NCBI GenBank assembly: GCA_038230535.1
Contig: JBBRNB010000015.1
Location: forward strand, 3,992 to 67,991
Reading direction: 5' to 3'
DNA: 64,000 nucleotides
Origin: Thermoanaerobaculia bacterium
Lineage (GTDB): Bacteria > Acidobacteriota > Thermoanaerobaculia > Gp7-AA8
Below the pieces are notes generated by a model. It had not been told where the DNA came from, did no database searches, and was given only the letters and a program-made list of their open reading frames with translations. The position numbers were made by a program, and so were the translations under genes. Of the stretch, positions 55,601 through 61,600 are shown piece by piece; the first letter of the stretch is position 1, and every line of letters starts with the position of its first letter.

Positions 55601-58600
55601 GTTTCCTGTCAGTCGTGCCAAGCGCTGCACCCTCGCCCGCGTAAGGCTCATCCTGAGCTCGGTGATAGAAGCTCCGCATGTGCTCCGCATGCTTCTGGAG
55701 CAGGTAGTCGCCTAGTTGCAGAATCGTGGTCGCGCTGAAAAATACGACCGCGGTGATTTCCACTCCAAAATGAGCCGTGAGCTGCCTGGCAAACTCCGTC
55801 AGTTGAATGGATTCGAACCCGTAGTCGGCCAGGTTCGACGTGTCATCCAGCTCGTCCGGCACGATTCGCGAAGACCTCGACACCAGTTTCCTGATGTCCG
55901 TGAGAATGCGTTCTTTCTGAGATTGGACGCTGGAGCGCTGTGATCCGCCTCGATCCTCCGAAACCGGTGCGGGCCCATTCACGTCCTCTCGACCCGCCAG
56001 AACCGGTGCGGTCCGGTACATCCGTTCCAGGATGTGCTCGATACGGCCGGGGTTCCCCACCATGACCAGGGTCTGAGGCTGACCGCTCTGCAGGATGTGT
56101 TGCCAGATACGGATACCCGCCGCCGTAGGGAGAGCCTCCTGACCGCTGCTTCTCAGATACAGCTCTCGCTGCCCGGCATCGCCCGCTCCCATGCCGCCGT
56201 CTTGCCACAACGGCCAATTGATGACCACGGTCTTTCCCTTGTATCGCTCTGTCTGCCGTCGATACTGGCCATAGGCCATCTGGAAACGGTTGGCGATGGC
56301 ATAGTCGCACCCGCCGAAGTCTCCCAGCACCGCCGAGGAAGACGAGAAATAGCAGACAAAATCGAGTGGCTGCTGACCGAGCATCTCATCGAGCAGCAGC
56401 GTGCCGGTGGATTTAGGGCGAAGCACCCCGCGGATATCGCCCGCCGATCTTTCGAAGAACGCTGTCGTGGACTCCACGCCTGCCGCGTGAATCACTCCGC
56501 ACAGATCAAAGGGAAGATTCTGCGCCAGCGAGCGCATGGCTTCTCTGTCGCTCACATCGACCGCCTCGTAATGGACCTCCCGGGCACCCGCCTGCTTCAA
56601 TACCTCCAACTGTTGCCGCATGTCTTCCGACAGAGGCCTTCTGCCGATCAGCAGCAATCTGGCCTGGCACTGTTCCGCCAGATGCCGGGCAAACGTCAAT
56701 CCCAACGCCCCGCAACCGCCGGTAATCAAATACCCGCCGTTTTGCCTCGAGCGCACTGCCTCTGTCGCTTGACCAGGAGCCTGAGGTCTAAAGGACAGGA
56801 CCTGCCGCCGGCTGCCGTCATGCCAGATCACGCCGCTGTGGTGCGAGGCGTCCAACAACTGCCGCGCCGTGCATGCCTCGGTGTAGAGCAACGAGATCTC
56901 CGTTTCGGGCAGAAGCAGCTTTAACGATCGCTCGAAACCGATCCAGGCGTAATCCCAGCAACTGTCTACCGACAGCGGGTCGTACTGACCGACCAGCGTT
57001 ACATGGGCAACAGGATGCGACGTTTCGCGGATGGCCTTGAAGAGCTCGAATAGTGCATGGATTCCAGCCTCTCCCCGCCCTCGCGCCCAGGCATAGATGA
57101 TCGAGAGCGGCGTATTGGATCCTGCCGCCACTCGATGGAGAACGGTTTGAATGTCCGCCTGATGGTTGAATCGGGCTTGGAAGACCTGCGCCGCCGGCTC
57201 ATGGTAGTGACCGGCCTCATTCACTACGGCCGCCAGGTTAAGCAGGCCGGCGTCATCGCCCTGCCATTCCGGGTTGGCAAAGAGAATGGTGCGTCTGCTC
57301 TCTGGGGGTAGCGCCCCGGTAAGCGGTTCTTCCAGCCAGTATTCTTCGAACAGCAACTCCGAGGCTTCCGCCAGGGTCGTCGCCGGGCTCTCCGAGACGG
57401 CGGTGTCGATCCAGTAGCGCTGCTTCGCAAACGGATACGTGGGCAGGCTGATGCATCGCGGCTTGCTCTCGCCATACGACCTGGTCCAATCCAATTCCAG
57501 GCCCTTGACCCATAGATCCAGTAGCTTGGACAGTTTCTTATCGACGACCCAACTGTCGATCGCCTGTTGCAGGGCGGCGTCGGTGTTGAACAACGACAAG
57601 GTTTCGCTGTTTTGTCTCACCTGTCCCTGATATGCGTGCTCGATCCCCTCTTCGCCCGCCACATAGGCGCGAAGCTTGCCGGCCAGATCCTCGACCGAGC
57701 TCACTACGAAGCCCAGCCGTTCCTCCATCGCCTCCCGGCCGGTCTGAAGGGTATACGCCATGGCCGGCAAGTCGATGATGCTCAGCCGAGGCTGCACAAA
57801 CTCCAGGAGATCACGCGCTTTCTGCCGCAATTGCAACGCTGTTCGAGCGGAGAGGACGATGGCGCAATCCGAGGGAACCATCAGCCGAGGAGATGGAGAT
57901 TGATACTCCTCGACGATCATGTGGGCGTTCGACCCGCCCGCGCCGAAGGACGAGATACCGGCGACGCGGGGCAGCGTCCGGCCGTCGACCACCGGCGGCT
58001 CCCATGAGCGTAACGCCTGATTGACGACAAACGGGCTGCCGGGAAAATCAATGTGCGGATTCAACTGCGTCGAGTGCAGCGACGGCACGATCTGCTGATG
58101 CTTCATCTGCAGGAGGACTTTGGTCAATCCGGCGATACCCGCCGCGGCCTCGCAATGGCCGATATTCGATTTCGCGGATCCGATCAGGCAGAAACCGGTG
58201 TCGTGCGTGTCGTGCTGAAAGGCGGCACTGAGGGCTGCGATCTCGATCGGATCGCCCAGCGTAGTGCCCGTGCCATGCGCTTCCAGGTAGCTGATGTGGC
58301 GCGCGTCGATGTGGGACTCTGACAATGCCCGGCGGACCGCACTGGCTTGCGCTCGAGGATTCGGGACGGTGTATCCGTTGGTCTTGCCGCCGTGATTGAG
58401 CGCGCTGCCCAGGATGGTCCCGTAGATGTTGTCCCCGTCCCGCCTGGCCTCAGAGAGGCGTTTCAGTACGACCACGCCCACTCCTTCTCCGGGGATATAC
58501 CCGTCACCGCCATTGCCGAAGCTTTGGCAGTGGCCGTCGCTGGAGATGAACTGCCCGGCGCTGAGAAGGAGGTATTTATTGGGATGGATGCTGACATTGA

Positions 58601-61600
58601 CCCCACCGGCAATGGCCAGGCTGGTTCGCCCCAGTTTCAAATCCTGGCAGGCGAAGTGAATGGCGGTCAAGGAAGAAGAACACATGGTGTCCAGCGTCAC
58701 GCTGGGCCCATGCAGATCGAGGACATACGATACGCGGTTGGCGATGCTGGCCGTGCTACCCGAAACTGCCACGCGTTTGCCTCGCGCCTGGGCTTCGGCA
58801 CCAAACAACTGGTATTCGTTGAACATCACGCCGGCATAAACACCGACCTGTCCGGGCAGGTCGTCTGTATACGGCACCCGCAGGCTTTCGCGCGTGTATC
58901 CCGCGTCTTCCATCGCCATCCACGCATGCTGCAAAAACAGGCGCTCCTGAGGGTCGATGACCGCTGCATCAGACGGCGATATCTTGAAGAACAACGGATC
59001 GAATTCATCGACCCCGGCAATAAAGCCACCCCACTTGCTGTAGTGATGCCCGCTCTTGCCGCGATCGTCGCTGAAGTAGTCCCGCCAGTTCCAGCGCTCT
59101 TCGGGAACCTCTTTGATACAATCTTTACCTTCGCGCAGATTCTCCCAATAGGCATCGATATCGATCGATTCGGGGTACCGGCCACTCAGTCCGATGATTG
59201 CGATCGGATCGGCGTGCGTTGCTGCGCCGGGCGCAGCGTCCCGAGGACGGCTGAATCGCCGGCTGGATATCTGCCTGGCGGGCACCGGGACGAGAGCTTG
59301 CACGCTCGATGGCACTGCCTCGCGATCGCGATGCCCCGCCGGGTCCAGGAGCGCAGCCAATTGCGCCGAATGATGGGAGGTGAAGTATTCGGCCAGCGCG
59401 TGGATCGTTTGATATTCGAAGAACAACGTCTTCGGCAACGAGCCAAACGTCTTCTCCAACTGGTTGGTCAATTTGATTGCGAGGATCGAGTTGATGCCGT
59501 ATTCCTCCAATGCGGCTCGCGGGTCGATTCTCTGGGGTGGAAGCTTCAGCAAACCCGATAACTGCCTGAGCAAGTACTCTTGCGTCTTCCCGCCAAGGCT
59601 CCCGGCAGCGATCCCGGAGACGGCGGCCGGCCGTTCGGCTTGCCACTCGACAGGCAGCGCCGGACCGGCAAACAAGGCGCGGCGGATCCGCGCCAAGTCA
59701 CCTTCCGCGACCAGCGTCTGGTCGTACGGCAATTCCAGACTGCGATGGAAGGCCTTCATCCCCGTTGCTGTCTGCATGGGCACCAGGCCCGTGGTTTGTT
59801 CCGTCAGCTCCCAGCGGTCCGGGTCGACCTCCATGCCGCCGGTTTCCCACAAGGGCCAGTCGATGGACCGCGTGCGGCCATGCCGTTGTCCGGCGGCCAC
59901 CTGCCGATTGCGATGCGCCGCGAATTGGTCCATGAACCCATTCGCCACCGCGTAATCGGCTTGCCCCAGGTTCCCCGTGACACCGGCGAGGGAGGAGAAC
60001 AGAACGAAGAAATCCAGTTCCACGTCACGGCTGGCCTGATCCAGGTTGTATGTACCAGTGACTTTCGGCGCGAGGACCTCGCTGAATTGAGCGACGGGTT
60101 TCTTGAGGATGAAGTTGTCCGAAACCATCCCGGCACAGTGAAGGATGCCGTTGAGCTGCTCGTACTCGTCTTTGACGGCGGCAATCAATTGCGTGACCTG
60201 CTCCAGGTCGCCGAGATCCACTGCCCGATAGCTGACCCGTCCGGATTTACCGGACAATTGATCCACGACGGCTTGGGTTTCCGTGTTTGGTTCCGCGCGT
60301 CCGGTCAGGACAACCCTGGCCTGATGCGCGTGCTCGAAGATGTCTTTGGCGAATAGAGTCCCCAGGCCGCCGAGTCCACCCGTAATCAGATAGACACCTT
60401 GATCCTTGAACGCCATAGGCGGGTATTCCGAGTCTGCCGGTACCTCTTGCCAGCCCAGGACCTGCCGTGCGCCCAATTCGTATCGAACAATTGCGTCTGG
60501 GGCACACAGCCGCTCGGAGCGCAGCAATGAGGCCAGTTCTCCGGCCGTCGTATGTACCGGAACGAGGATGAGCTGGCCGATGAACCGCGGGTTTTCCTGC
60601 GCCGCTGTCTTCAATAGTCCGGAAAGGCCCACCAACACCGCATGGTCAGGATGGTCCGCGACGACAATCTGGGTGATGACGTTGCCTCCAGGCTTGCCCT
60701 GAAGGATTGCCCGGACCCGTTCAAAACAGGCGAGCGCGTAGTCGCTGTAACGTTGCGCAATCGTCTCTTGGGACCCTGACCACAGTGACAGGCAGCGGCT
60801 GGGTGGAACCACGGACTCCAGCGCGTCAATGCTGACCTGCGGCAACTCACACAGAATCACGTGGTGGTCCACGTACCCGAAATTGATGGCGCGCGCGGAA
60901 GTGCCCTCCCAAACCGGCCTGGCCAGCATACTGCCGATCGCGTGACGCTGGGTCGCGATGGCACTGATCCCATCGCCAAGAGTACGCGAAGAAAGACCGT
61001 GCATCTGCACGCAGACGTTTCCGCTCGCATCACACAGATCAATATCCAGCTTGACGACGTCATTCGCCGCCTCGCTACCCGGCGCGTAACGCACCCATGC
61101 AACCATCGCTGGAGTACACGGCGACAGGATGCGCAACGACTCGAGCGCAAAGGGCACCTGCGGACGGGTTGGCTCGGACTCCCCTTCGATCAAACCAACC
61201 GCCGCCTGCAGCGCACCGTCCATCAGACTCGGATGAAGGACGTAGTCTCCTGACCCGTCCGCGGCGGCGCCCGGCAACGTCAGCTCCGCCAGTAGCGCGC
61301 CGTTTCCTCGGTGGATGGCGGTGATGCTTTGAAACGACTTTCCATAGACAAGCCCCATCCGGGCGCACGCGGCGTAAATGTGGTCCGGCGTCCACTGGCC
61401 CAGCTTCATTTGCGCTTTGAGCTGTTCGAGATCGATTCGGGTGACCGCCGGCTCGCCACGCAACACCGCGCGGCCCTGGCAATGGACGACGATCTCCTGG
61501 TCCCTGTCCTGGCTGTAGATCTCGTAGTCGATGTCGTCATCGACCGCCGACAACGCGATGCTGACTTCCCTCGTCCCATCAACCTTCTCATCGACAATGA